Assembly (NCBI GenBank): GCA_030390025.1
Contig: CM059425.1
Coordinates: 177,260,001 to 177,324,000, forward strand
DNA from: Squalus acanthias
Lineage: Eukaryota
Reading direction: 5' to 3'
Length of the DNA stretch: 64,000 nucleotides
In this document: positions 37,798 through 50,224 of the stretch, piece after piece
Numbering within the stretch: position 1 is the first letter of the stretch
Layout of the letters: every line of letters begins with the position of its first letter
Notes under the pieces: model-generated
What the model saw: only the letters and a program-made list of their open reading frames with translations
The model's database searches: none
What the model was told of the DNA's origin: nothing
Translations under genes and position numbers: made by a program

Positions 37798-39499
37798 TGG
37801 ATGGTGGAGCCCAGCACGTGAGTGCAAAAAACAAGGCTGAAGCGTTTGCAACCATCTTCAGCCAAAAGTGCCGAGTGGATGATCCATATCGGCCTCCTCC
37901 TGAGGTCACCACCATCAGAGAAGCCAGTCTTCAGCCAATTTGATTCACTCCACGTGATATCAAGAAACGGCTGAGCGCACTGGATACAGCAAAGGCTATG
38001 GGACCCGACAACATACCGGCTATCGTGCTGAAGACTTGTGCTCCAGAACTAGCTGCGCCTCTAGCCAAGCTGTTCCAGTACAGCTACAACACTGGCATCT
38101 ATCCGACAATGTGGAAAACTGCCCAGGTATGTCCTGCCCACAAAAAGCAGGACAAATCCAACCCAACCAATTATCACCCCATCAGTCTACTCTCAATCAT
38201 CAGCAAAGTGATGGAAGGTGTCATCGACAGTGCTATCAAGCAGCACTTACTCACCAATAACCTGCTCACTGATGCCCAGTTTGGGTTCCACCAAGACCAC
38301 TCGGCTCCCGACCTCATTACAGCCTTGGTCCAAACATGGACAAAGGAGCTGAATTCCAGAGGTGAGGTGAGAGTGACTGCCCTTGACATCAAGGCAACAT
38401 TTGACCGAGTGTGGCATCAAGGAGCCCTAGTAAAACTGAAGTCAACGGGAATCAGGGGGAAAATGCTCCACTGGCTAGAGTCATACCTAGCACAAAGGAA
38501 GATGGTTGTGGTGTTTGAAGGTCAATCATCACAGCCCGAGGACATCGCTGCAGGAATTCCTCAGGGCAGTGTCCTAGGCCCAACCATCTTCAGCTGCTTC
38601 ATCAATGAGCTTCCCTCCAACATAAGGTCAGAAATGGGGATGTTTGCTGATGACTGCACAGTGTTCAGCACCATTCAAAACTCCTCAGATAATGAAGCAG
38701 TCTATGCCCTCATGCAACAAGACCTGGACGACGTTCAAGCTTGGGCTGATAAGTGGCAGGTAACATTCGCGCCACAGAAGTGCCAGGCAATGACTATCTC
38801 CGACAAGCGAGAGTCTAACCACCTCCCCTTGACATTCAACGGCATTACCATCGCCAAATCCCCCACCATCAACATCCTGGGGGTCACCATTGACCAGAAA
38901 CTTAACTGGACCAGCCACATAAATACTGTGGCAATAAGAGCAGGTCAGAGGCTGGGTATTCTGCGGCGAGTGTCTCACCTCCTGACTCCCCAAAGCCTTT
39001 CCACCATCTACAAGGCACAAGTAACGAGTGTGATAGAATACTCTCCACTTGCCTGGATGAGTGCAGCTCCAACAACACTCAAGAAGCTTGACACCATCCA
39101 GAACAAAGCAGCCCGCTTGATTGGCACCCCATCCACCACCTTAAACATTCACACCCTCCACCACTGGCGTACCGTGGCTGCAGTGTGTACTATCTACAAG
39201 ATGCACTGCAGCAACTCGCCAAGGCTTCTTCGGCAGCACCTCCCAAACCCACGACCTCTTCCACCTAGAAGGACAAGGGCAGTAGGCGCATGGGAACACC
39301 ACCACCTACAAGTTCCCCGCCAAGTCATACACCATCCTGACTTAGAAATATATCGCTGATCCTTCATCGTCGCTGGGTCAAAATCCTGGAACTCCCTACC
39401 TAACAGCACTGTAGGAGTACCATCACCACACGAGCTGCAGCGGTTCAAGAAGGCAGCTCACCACCACCTTCTCAAGGGCAATTAGGGATGGGCAATAAA
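37798..39499 (+). mobile_element. LINE-B, 5'-truncated, with a 453-aa RT ORF (37998-39359) and a truncated 3' tail
   Basis: [42 protein letters not shown]; stops at GGGCAATAAA, lacking the last ~40 nt seen in other copies. Confidence 0.93.
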
Positions 39500-40231
39500 C
39501 TACTCCCGCTAGTGTTTTCTGCCCCTTGTTTCTTAGCTCCCTCCAAAGTGATTCTACAGCTTGTTTTTGAGCTAAGATCATTTCTCTCTACTGACTTTAT
39601 CCCATCCTTTATTATCAGGGCGCTACACCCCTTCATTGCTGTAAGTTAGTTGTCTCATCTAGATTGGATGTTAATCTTTTCTCTTCCCACTGAAACCAAG
39701 TATCTTTGTATCCTGGCCAACATTTATTCCCTGAACTAATAACACCAAAATAGTGTAACTAGCCATTTATATCATCATGTTGCTGCTTGTGGAGCCTTAT
39801 GGTGTGCAAACTGGCTTCTGTGTTTGCTTTCAGAATGGTGACTACACTTAAAGAAACTAATTAGCTTTGAAGTGCTTTGGTATGTCCTGAGGATGTGAAA
39901 GGTAATGCCTTGGGGTTTTGACTGGTGCTTGCTGCATCCTTGAATAGGGAAGTGTAAGTGGGAATTGCTTTGGTAGTTGTCATGGAGGGGCAGCTTTGGA
40001 TAGCACTTGGTGAAGCACATGTCCTCTATGTCCTAAGGGGTGTTACCAGGGGAGGGGGCATGTAGCAGTTGGTTGTCTCCCTGGAGGAGGTTTGCAGCAG
40101 CCATCACTGAATAGAAGTTTGGGAGACATTTTTTAAATTGCTCTGTTTCAATTTAATATTGGTCTGGACTGTCCTATCTCGTCCTTAAAATAACTATTTA
40201 CACACAAAACTAGAACAGGTTTTGTGTCTGC

Positions 40232-40812
40232 TTCAACAACAACAACAACTACTTTAATGTAGCAAAACATCCCAAGGTGCTTAACGAGCATTATCAATAA
40301 AAACATTTTTGACATCGAGCCACAGAAGGAGATATTCGGACACATGACCAAAAGCTTGGTCAGAGGTAGGTTTTAAGGAGCATCTTAAAGGAGGAGAGAG
40401 GGGCAGGGAGGTTTATGGAGGGAATTCCAGAGCTGAGGGCCAAGGCAGCTGAAAGCACAGCCGCCAATGGTGGAACGATTTAAAATCGGGGATGCGCGAG
40501 GCCTGAATTGGAGGAGCACAGAGATCTTGAAGGCTTGTAGGGTTGGAGGAGGTTAGAGATAAGGAGGGGCGAGGTCATGGAGGGATTTGAAAACAAGGAT
40601 GAGCATTTTAAAACTGAGGTGTTGTCTGAAAAGGAGCCAATGTAGGTCAGCGAGCACAGAGGTGATGGGTGAACAAGACTTGGTGCGAATTAAGATCAGG
40701 GCAGCAAAATTTTGGATGAGCACAAATTTATGTAGGGTGGAAGATGGGAGGCCGGCCAGGAGAGCATTGGAATAGTTAAATCTAGAGGTATCAAAGGCAT
40801 GGATGAGGGTGA
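40232..40812 (-). mobile_element. L2-type LINE 3' fragment
   Basis: (AAC)n tail; sequence complementary to the L2 3' region at 7715-8235. Confidence 0.8.
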
Positions 40813-41134
40813 TTGTCCCAGAATTGAAGGGCTTAGTGAAATATTAAACATTGTATTTCACGCTGTGCAAATCAGAAATGAGGCATTTCACTGGTGGGAG
40901 GAATACGCTGAAAGTGCCCCCTTGCATAATCTGGCAACTAGTAAGTTTAATATTTGAAGCTTACGAGGGATGAGGAGGAGGAGGCAAGTGGGAGAAGTGA
41001 AGTATAATCACTACAATTTTTGGCAGATTGCTTTTAGCTAAGCTCCCTAATTACACTATTACAGCAATTACCATTACTTGCATTTATATTGCACCTTTCA
41101 CGACCTCTGGATGCCCCAAAGCATTTTTACAGCG

Positions 41135-41374
41135 AAGTTCCCCTCCAAGTCACACACCATCCTGACTTAGAAGTATATCGCCAATCCTTCATCGTCGCTG
41201 GGTCAAAATCCTGGAACTCCTTCCCTAACAGCACTGTGAGAGTACCTTCACCACACGGACTACAGCGGTTCAAGAAGGCAACTCACCACCACCTTCTCAA
41301 GGGCAATTAGGGATGGGCAATAAATGCTGGCCTTGCCAGCGACGCCCACAGCCCATAAATGAATTTAAAAAAAA
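41135..41374 (+). mobile_element. LINE-B 3' terminal fragment with complete tail and A-run
   Basis: AAGTTCCCCTCCAAGTCACAC..HHHLLKGN*..GCCAGCGACGCCCAC..TTTAAAAAAAA. Confidence 0.9.
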
Positions 41375-41811
41375 GACCATTAGGTTGCTGAAGCAACGGT
41401 TCCGCTGCCTTGACCGCTCGGGAGGAGCCCTCCAGTACTTGGCTGAGCAGGTGTCCCATTTTGTGGTGATCTGCAGCATGCTTCATAGCTTGGCCATCAT
41501 GAGGGCGCAGCCCTTGCCAGCAGGGATTGTGGAACCACCTCAGGAAGAGGACGAGGAAGAGGAGCAAGAGGAAGAGGACGAGGAAGAGGAGCAAGAGGAA
41601 GAGGACGAGGAAGAGGAGCAAGAGGAAGAGGACGAGGAAGAGGAGCAAGAGGATGAGGATGAGGAGGAAGGGAGGAGGCAGGCAGCAAATCCCCCTTCCG
41701 CACGGGCTGTCTGTGAACGCCTCATAAGACTCCAATTCGAGTGAATGAAACTCCAGATCCCCGTTGCTCACCACATCCCCATCGTACCATCCCTCTGTCA
41801 TGGAATATCAC

Positions 41812-42143
41812 TGAGAGGTCGCACAACACCAGGTTATAGTCCAACAGTTTTATTTGAAATCACAAGCTTTCGGAGCTATCGATCGCCCCTTCCTCAGGTG
41901 AAGTAGTAAAGAAATACAGACTCGACAAAGCATATATAGATAGAGAACAATGCATGTGTACCTTGCATTGTTCTCTATCTATATATGCTTTGTCGAGTCT
42001 GTATTTCTTTACTACTTCACCTGAGGAAGGGGCGATCGATAGCTCCGAAAGCTTGTGATTTCAAATAAAACTGTTGGACTATAACCTGGTGTTGTGCGAC
42101 CTCTCAATTTTGTCCACCCCAGTCCAACACCGGCATCTCCGCA
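41812..42143. mobile_element. Penelope-like element end in inverted (fold-back) configuration
   Basis: Perfect 143-bp inverted repeat (41812-41954 / 41964-42106) plus a 3' extension; 14-bp duplication TCATGGAATATCAC at 41798-41811 and 42144-42157; AATAAA and hammerhead core. Confidence 0.88.
42017..42058 (+). ncRNA. Minimal hammerhead ribozyme motif (mirror copy on the - strand at about 41860-41901)
   Basis: UCAC-CUGAGGA-A-GGGGC(gaucgaua)GCUCC-GAAA-GC-UU-GUGA: conserved core, stem II, stem I UCAC/GUGA, and palindromic AAGCUU in place of stem III. Confidence 0.8.
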
Positions 42144-42260
42144 TCATGGAATATCACAGCATCCTCCTGGGCACAAAGCTGAAATGAGAGTCACCACAAA
42201 ACAAACATTCCAAACAAAATTAATAAATTTATAACTATTCAATTTACATTACAATATGAA

Positions 42261-43582
42261 TTAATCACTCTTGTGCAGTCCCTTCGTGCCTGTCGTTCGT
42301 GTGGCCTTTCCAACTCTGGTCCTCCTACGAAGTGCTCCCCCAGTGGCTGCAGCATGGCTGGTGGAAGGCTGTTGAGTTTCCATGGGGGAGACTTCAGATG
42401 GCCTTGCAGGACGACCTTGACCAGCTGTAGACCTAGAAGGCTCGTCTGTAAACTGCACCACCTCGGCATGAGCGGCAGCAGTCTGGGCTGGCTGGCTGAC
42501 AGGCAGAGGCAAAGGCAATACCAGAGTGGCAGTGGTGGGAATAGGAGTGCTGTCATCCGGAAAGAGGACAGCAGGTTCCTGCTCCACATACCCACGGCCA
42601 CTCCCCCGGGGCACCGCCTCAGCATTCCTAGCAATCTGTTGGAGGACAGTTTGCTGGCCTGCTGCAACACCCTGCAAGCCCCTTTTGACACTGGTAAACC
42701 CAGCCATCTCCACTCTCCCCCATGACTTCAGGGACAGGCTGTGCTGGTGGCAGATCTTGGTCATCTGAAAGGAGAAAGGCACAAGAGTCGGATTATGGTG
42801 AGGGGAGCAGGGGGGAAAGCAAGATATCCATGCATACAGCATCAGCAGCTTGTAAGTGAGAAGAGATTGTGGGATGAGGGGGAAGTGAGTGTGAGAATAA
42901 GGATGAGGAATGACCATACCTTTATTGTCCCCAAGGGCTTCAACTTTGCCTGTTGCCACGGCCTCGGTTACTTCCCCTCCAATGATGTCGAGCACCGTCT
43001 CCTCCAGTTGGTTCAAGGCCTGTATTGCAGCTTTGCCGCCTCCCATCTGCTGCTGCTCATGGTGATTGTGAGCCACCTTGACCTGCAAGAGAAATTGAAG
43101 TGTGTCAGTGAGTGTGGTGCAATGTGTTTGGGTAATGTGCCTGCCATAGTTGAATAGCTGGTAGTGTGTGCAAGGTGTGAGTTGTGAGTGTAAGTGTTAC
43201 AGCAGTGGTAAGGTTGTGAGGGTGAAGTGAAGCTATGATTGTGAGGTCTGAGTGGTGAAAGGTAGAGATTGTTGGTAGGTGAGTGATGGGGGTGTGGTGC
43301 AGATGGTGGGATATGGTATTTGCTGAAGCCTTTACTCACCTTGACATGCCGTGTCAGGTCATTAAACTTCTTGCGGCACTGGATCCATGTCCTTAGTACA
43401 ACACTGTTGGCCATGACGTACTCAGCTATCTCCGGCCACAGTCTTCTCGAAGTGTACGCTGATGGCTTCCTGTCACCCTGCGGGAACAGGACAGCCCGCC
43501 TCCTCTCCACTGCCACTACCAATGCCTCCAGAGCCGCATCAGAGAACCTTCTGGCTTGTTCTCTTTGCTGGTGCTGAGCCAT
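42261..43582 (-). pseudogene. Harbinger Myb/SANT gene, 3 exons (43582-43340, 43082-42920, 42764-42261), exon 3 internally deleted
   Basis: RRFSDAALEALV..WPEIAEYV..RTWIQCRKKFNDL; VKVAHN..GGG; GT-AG sites in the same positions as the gene at 21782-23729. Confidence 0.88.
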
Positions 43583-43947
43583 GTGTTCCAACTGCAATTC
43601 CAACTCCAACTCCAATGACAATGAGGTGCTGCTGCATCAAAGCACCTCCCTTTTAAGTAGTGGAGAGAGACTAGGGCAAACATTACTGGCCATTAGACTG
43701 CAACCGATATTGGCCCACCTGTTGAGCGGTAAGCCAATCAGCAGCGCGTTTAACACCGAGATCGGCACTGCAATCATGCAAATCAGCAGACAGCACGGAT
43801 TTTGCGTGCTGCCTGCACCACTTTGAACGGGCGCAGCCAAATAGCGCTGGGCTATGACACCGTCCGTTTTTGAGCCATATCCAATTTCTAGGCCACGTTC
43901 TTTTAAGTGCTTGCTGTTATTTGGGGATTCCACAATAATAAAAATAA

Positions 43948-46288
43948 TGATGAACGGTCATCGACCTGAAACGTTAACTCTGTTTCTCGCTCCACAGAAG
44001 TTGCCTAACATAGAGTCATAGAGTTATACAGCACAGAAAGAGGCCCTTCGGCCCATCGTGTCTGCGCCGGCCATCAAGCCCTGTCTATTCTAATCCCATT
44101 TTCGAGCACTTGGTCTGTAGCCTTGTATGCTATGGCGTTTCAAGTGCTCATCTAAATGCTTCTTGAATGTTGTGAGGGTTCCTGCCTCTACCACCCTTTC
44201 AGGCAGTGAGTTCCAGATTCCAACCACCCTCTGGGTGAAAAGGTTTTTCCTCAAATCCCCTCTAAACCGCCTGTCCCTTACCCTGAAACTATGCCCCCTG
44301 GTTATTGACCCCTCTACTAAGGGGAAAAGTTCCTTTCTATCTACCCTTTGTATGCCCCTCATAATTTTGTACACCTCAATCAGGTCCCCCCTCAGCCTTC
44401 TCTGCTCTAAGGAAAACAACCCCAGCCTGTCCAGTCTCTCTTCATAGCTGAAACGCTCCAGCCCAGGTAACATTCTGGTGAATCTCCTCTGCACCCTCTC
44501 TAATGCAATCACATCCTTCCTATAGTGTGGCGACCAGAACTGCACACAGTATTCCAGCTGTGGCCTAACTAGCGTTTTGTAAAGCTCCATCATAACCTCC
44601 CTGCTCTTATATTCTATGCCTCGGCTAATGAAGGCAAGTATCCCATATGCCTTTTTAACCACCTTATCTACTTGTCCTGCTGACTTCAGGGATCTATTTA
44701 CATGCACCCCAAGGTCCCTCTGATCCTCTGTCCTTCCTAGGGTCCTACCATTCATTGTGTATTCCCTTGCCTTGTTAGTCCTCCCAAAATGCATCACCTC
44801 ACACTTTTCAGGGTTAAATTCCATTTGCCACTGTTCTGCCTATCTGACCAACCCATCTATATTGTCCTGTAGCCTGAGGCTTCCCTCCTCGCTATTTACC
44901 ACTCCACCAATTTTCGTGTCATCTGCGAACTTACTGATCATACCTCCTACATTCATATCTAAATCATTAATGTACACTACAAACAGCAAAGGACCCAGCA
45001 CCGATCCCTGCGGTACACCACTGGACACAAGCTTCCAGTCACAAAAACAACCTTCGACCATCACCCTCTGCCTCCTGCCACTAAGCCAATTTTGGATCCA
45101 ATGTGCCAAATTGCCCTGGATCCCATGGGCTTTTACCTTCTTGACCAGTCTCCCATGCGGGACTTTGTCAAAAGCCTTACTGAAGTCCATGTAGATTACA
45201 TCAACTGCACTACCCTCATCCACACACCTAGTCACCCCCTTAAAAAATTCAATCAAATTGGTTAGACATGATCTCCCACTGACAAAGCCATGCTGACTAT
45301 TCTTGATTAATCCTTGCCTCTCCAAGTGGAGACTAATTCTGTCCCTCAGAATTTTTTCCAATAATTTCCCTACCACTGATGTTAGGCTCACTGGCCTGAA
45401 ATTCCCTGGTTTATCCCTACTACCCTTCTTGAATAATGGTACTACGTTAGCTGTTCTCCAGTCCTCTGGCATCTCCCCTGTGGCCAGAGAGGTTCTGAAA
45501 ATTTGTGTCAGAGCCCCTGCAATCTCCTCCCTTGCCTCACACAGCAGCCTGGGATACATCTCGTCTGGGCCTGGGGATTTATCCACTTTTAAGCCCGCTA
45601 AATCCGCTAGTACCTCCTCCCTCTCAATACTAATTTGTTCAAGTATATCACAATCCCCCTGCCTGATTTCTATGCCTACATCGTCCTTCTCCATAGTGAA
45701 CACAGACGCAAAATATTCATTTAAAACCTCACCTACATCTTCCGGCTCTACACACAGATTGCCACTTTGGTCCCTAATGGGCCCTACTCTTTCCCTGGTT
45801 ATCCTCTTGCCCTTAATATACTTATAAAACACCTTGGGATTTTCCTTTATTTTGCCCGCCAATGTTTTTTCATGCCCCCTCTTCGCTCTCCAAATGTCTT
45901 TTTTAAGTACCCCCCTGCACTTTCTATACTCCTCTAGGGCTTCCACTGTTTTTAGTCCTTTGTATCTGCCAAAAGCCTCCCTTTTTTTCCTCATCCATTC
46001 TTGTATATCCCTTGACACCCAGGGTTCCCTGGGCTTGTTGGTCCCACCCTTGACCTTTACAGGAATATGTTGGCGTTGTACTCTCTCTATTTCCTTTCTG
46101 AAAGACTCCCACTGCTCGATGTGGATTTTCCTACAAGTAGCTGATCCCAGTCCACTTTGGCCAGATCCTGCCTTATCATATTAAAATCCGCCTTCCCCCA
46201 ATTTAGAACCTTTATTAACCTGCTGAGTATTTTCAGAATTTTCTGTTTTTATTTCAGATTTCCAGCATCTGCAGTATTTTGCTTTTGT
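43948..46288 (+). mobile_element. Penelope-type 3' end (hammerhead relic) split by a CR1 insertion
   Basis: TGATGAACGGTCATCGACCTGAAACGTTAACTC..GCCTAAC at 43948-44009, resuming TAACCTGCTGAGTATTT..GCTTTTG at 46216-46288; TAAC repeated at both junctions. Confidence 0.8.
44010..46215 (-). mobile_element. Young 5'-truncated CR1 LINE with nearly intact RT
   Basis: ORFs 44840-46018 (392 aa, full RT motifs) and 44090-44824 lie in the same frame and are separated by one stop; (CATAGAGT)n tail. Confidence 0.95.
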
Positions 46289-46805
46289 AAAACATATATG
46301 ATACTATGTACAGCTCTTAAATTCAAAAAGACTGGCTGAACTTTAACAGGCCAGTTTGTCGCCTAATCCATTGGAGAATGGCTAATGTAGTACCCATTTT
46401 CAAAAAGGATATAATGACCCAAACTAAGGGAAGCAGGCTGGTGGGCGAGAGGAGGCAGAAGAGGGTATTTTATCATTTCAGCAGATGGCTGACGGAACAT
46501 GTCGGCTGACCACACTGGGAGGCGGGGCGGGGCGGGGCAGGGGGGCACATCGGGAAGCCCAGACCATTTTGAGGGCCTGGCCTCATTTAAATAGAACTGG
46601 TGAGCTGCTCACCCCAAACAGGCCTCCCAATTGGAGCTTGCCAGATTCGGGTTGGCAAAATATTGGGCGGCCAAGAGGCAAGGTAAATACTGGGAGGGGG
46701 TGGGGAAGGGCATTGCGCTCACAGGGGTGGGGAATGTGCCTGGGGTGGCAGTGACCCAAATTATTTTTGTGGGGCCCGGAGCAGCATTCCTATTTCAGGC
46801 CTCAC

Positions 46806-47262
46806 TGTGTCAGCCAGTGGCTCAGTTGGTAGCACCCTCACATCTGAATCAGAAGGTTGTGGGTTCAAGTCCCACGCCAGAGACTTGAGCACAAAAATCT
46901 AGGCTGACACTCGAGTGCTGCAGTGTCGGAGGTGCCGTCTTTCAGATGAGACGTTAAACGAGGTCCTGTCTACTCTCTCAGGTGGACGTAAAAGATCCCA
47001 TGGCACTATTTTGAAGAAGAGCAGGGGAGTTATCCCCGGTGTCCTGGCCAATATTTATCCCTCAATCAACATAACAAAAACAGATTATCTGTTCATTATC
47101 ACATTGCTGTTTGTGGGAGCTTGCTGTGCGCAAATTGGCTGTTGTGTTTCCCACATTACAACAGTGACTCCACTCCAAAAGTACTTCATTGGCTGTAAAG
47201 TGCTTTGGGAGGTCCGGTGGTCGTGAAAGGTGCTACATAAATGCAAGTCTTTCTTTCTTTCT
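46806..47262 (+). mobile_element. tRNA-derived SINE, SacSINE1/DeuSINE-like
   Basis: Box A TGGCTCAGTTGG, box B GGTTCAAGTCC, central GATGAGACGTTAAAC..GGTGTCCTGGCCAATATTTATCCCTCAA, tail AAATGCAAG(TCTT)n. Confidence 0.85.
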
Positions 47263-49743
47263 CACAAAGATTATTTTTTCACCTACCTTTGAAGCCCCCT
47301 GCTTCGTGGCTAACCAGTTGTACTGAGGGGTGTGTCCACAGCAGATGGTCCACGTAGTAATCTGTAGTAATGGCTTTGGCATCCTAGCTATGTAATAGGA
47401 CCCTGATTTAAATGTATTGATGAGGTTCCCACCTGAGTCTGGTGAGCGCCTCAGCCGCCTATTAAACAAGCAGCCGGAAGACGGAGGCTGGGCAGAAAAC
47501 CAGTGGTAAATATACGGCTTTGATTTTAACTCCCGTACTGCTGGGTGTCCGCTGGATAATATTCCCCCTGCAGACTATGTGGTACACAAAACACAAAACA
47601 GTATTAGTGCTTACCCATTCCCTTAGCAGAGGTGATAGCTGGGTCATGGATAGTTGCTGCTAACATTCTGACAAGAGAATGAAGACAGAATGCCATGCGT
47701 AGGTCCTTTGAACAAGTTACTTATATTCTATCCAAATTTGAATTCATGAAAGCTCCATACAAATAACATTAACTGTGCTATAGAAATAGTAAAATAAAAG
47801 CCTTGAGTGATACAACCTTGTAACCTACTTCCAGTTCCCCATTATTTTCTATTCATTTCATGGTGATATATTCCTTAGCTGGAGAAACTACACGTCGAAA
47901 CGCATCTGCCACATTAAATGTACAATTACACTAGAATAGGTAGAGTCTAGTTTCTATTTGTCAGCCTGTATCTGGCTACCCAGCCATCGCACTCTGGGTT
48001 ACATTTGTTGTGGATGCTATTTAGTTCTTTCATTTATCTGGGGTTGTGGAGATGTTTGGTGTAATGCAACTGAGTTTTATGGAAAAGAAATGGCTGGGAT
48101 GACAATTCCATGCAGCACATTGTTGATTTCAGTGTACAGTTACATCAGTGTGACATTTCTCATAATAACCAGCCTGAATAAAAAAAACAATTTTGATGAC
48201 ATCCTTTAATTGAAGAATGATGTCAACTCAGCTTCCACCTAGATACTGTTTCTGTATTTAGCATAGTGAAGCCTAAGTGTGTGCGATATTTATAAATGCA
48301 GAGAAAAGTAGGTCGCCATCAAGTGTAACAGAAAATGTGAAGAGTTTCACAAAGGAGAGTGGGAAATGATAGTGTTTCCGTTTAAAGACATGCCCTTTTC
48401 CTCAGCCTGATGTTCTGATGTGAACCTCTCTATCAATTAAGTACATAATGAAAACTGCAAAATAAAACTTGGTCACTTTTAACACTGAACTTTTACATTA
48501 ACTTTCTAATTTTAGAGAAGAGCTCTTTTCTAACTGTGAAATGTCATTGTCAGTTGGAGGCCAGTGAGTACAGCTCTGTACATGGATTATGGGGCTTCTC
48601 TGCTTTCCCTCATTAGACAGCAGTGGTCGACAGCATAATCCCATGCTGTACACTCAAACATGCTCTACCGAAGAATGGTACTAGTATAAAACTGGTGCAT
48701 GCAATATAACTGCAATACTTATTTGCTGTGATAGAAAATTAATAGTCCAATGGGACATTAGAAGTAATGTGCAAATTAAACAGTGTGCCAATAGGATTTG
48801 AACTACCTGACTTTTGGTAACAAGATAAGCTTTATTTCCAGTGGTGTGCAAACCTAAGTAAATACCATGCAGAGCTCCATGAACTAACATGCCAAGCTCT
48901 ACTAAACACCATGCAAGGCATGGCATTACATACAATTTACCACACGGAAATAGGCCATTCGGCCCAACCAGACTGTGTTGGTGTTTATCCTCCATGTGAG
49001 CAGTTGTCCTAATCTTATGTGTCCACCCGTTACATATGTATCTGTATCCCCCTTTTCTTTAACTGCCTATCTAACCTATTCTTACCACTGAACGACATTC
49101 AAGACCCTATTAAATTGCATGTAAAACTCCAATAAGGTGTAAGATGTACTTTTCTAAGAATGATTTTGGTAAAGAATTCATGAAAATAAAAGAGGCAATT
49201 ATAGGCTCAAAAAGCCATGTGCCCACACCAAGTGGGCATTGAATGGTCACATATTGCCCCCAAAATAAAGAAAATCTGCTATACTAGGAATGACACAGAG
49301 AACTAAAGGAAATGTATTAATGGTAGCTTGAGAAATGGCGTCATATTACAATGGCTTACAAAGAAAGGGCACAAACAAAGCCTGCCATCCAAAAGTTTAT
49401 TGGGAGAAAGAAGTGTGGCTTTAAGGTTTTAGCTGACAAGAAAGAAGTCCAGCATATCCACCGAGTGCTCTGAATCTGGTAATATTTTTCATTATGTTTT
49501 ATACATTGGTCTGCCATTCACTAATTTATAATATTGATCAAGTGAAACTGACTTGAGTATGAAATGGAAATGAAAAGCGCATCATGGAGCAGAACCAATA
49601 CACAGACATAATGTTAACTGCCCACTTTTATCTACATTCATAAAGATTTTGAAGCAAACATATACAGTCCAGTTGTGTCCTAAGTAGTCTTTCAAAACAC
49701 ACAAAGTCATATGTTTATTTATAATATTTTCACATCTCTACAG

Positions 49744-49840
49744 ATGATTCCGCCAATCCATGGGAAATACATTTCAGAAAGCTGCCTTCAATATGCTTAA
49801 GGAACAGGATGAAGACATGGAAGAAAAAAACAGAAGAAAG
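49744..49840 (+). other. Candidate exon (MGNTFQKAAFNMLKEQDEDMEEKNRRK from ATG 49760)
   Basis: TTTTCACATCTCTACAG acceptor, AAG|GTAAGA donor; 27 codons ending in phase 0. Confidence 0.5.
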
Positions 49841-50224
49841 GTAAGAGGTGGGAACCTGTATAATTTTCAAGGAGCATAACACAGCTGGCAGAAATAAAAG
49901 ACTGGGGGGCTAAATTCAATTAGGCCGGAAAATGGGCGCAGGGTTTCGCGATGTGCGATCTGCCTGTGCCTGTTGAAAGTAGTGCAGGCAGCATGCGAAA
50001 TTCGTGCTGCCTGATCATTGCCATGATTGGAGCGCTGAGCTCAGCGCTAAACATGCTGCTGGTTGGCTCAGCGCTCAACAGGGGGCCCAGTATCATGTGG
50101 AGTCTGCCCTCCATTTAAAGGTTGCCTGCAGAGTTTTGCACTTTTTAAAGGGGAGGTGCTCTGATTCAGAAATACCTCATTGTTGGTGGAACTAGTCATT
50201 GTTGGTGGAACTAGAGCAATAAAT

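Larger units (their letters stand above)
37348..41744 (+). pseudogene. Harbinger DDE transposase (HARBI1-like), split and 5'-deleted
   Basis: QGTINCTHVAL, NRKGYHSL, YPGSSHDAFIL, LLGDKG, RNIIEQ | TIRLLKQRFRCL, CSMLHSL, acidic tail. Confidence 0.9.
37251..43894. mobile_element. Composite Harbinger element: transposase (+) and Myb/SANT gene (-), with nested LINE-B/cargo and Penelope insertions
   Basis: Transposase 37348-37773 and 41376-41744; Myb gene 43582-42261; right terminus AATTTCTAGGCC at 43894; the left terminus GGGCTGAATATT matches poorly and is probably from another element. Confidence 0.85.

Noticed and set aside
41307..41801. Hydrophobic (LFLVLFLLL)n ORF resembling a membrane protein
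   Set aside because: Antisense of the 27-bp acidic repeat.
41812..42106. DNA-transposon MITE or miRNA precursor interpretation of the palindrome
   Set aside because: One arm continues into a 37-nt unpaired tail, the duplication is 14 bp, and the arms carry hammerhead and poly(A) motifs, all of which fit a Penelope-type end better.
44757..45827. Long + strand ORFs overlapping CR1 copies (also 10439, 12135, 30357, 61151)
   Set aside because: Typical antisense shadows of LINE ORF2 with no independent motifs.
46806..46885. tRNA gene
   Set aside because: The A/B boxes are the head of a SINE, followed by the SINE body and tail; no complete cloverleaf.
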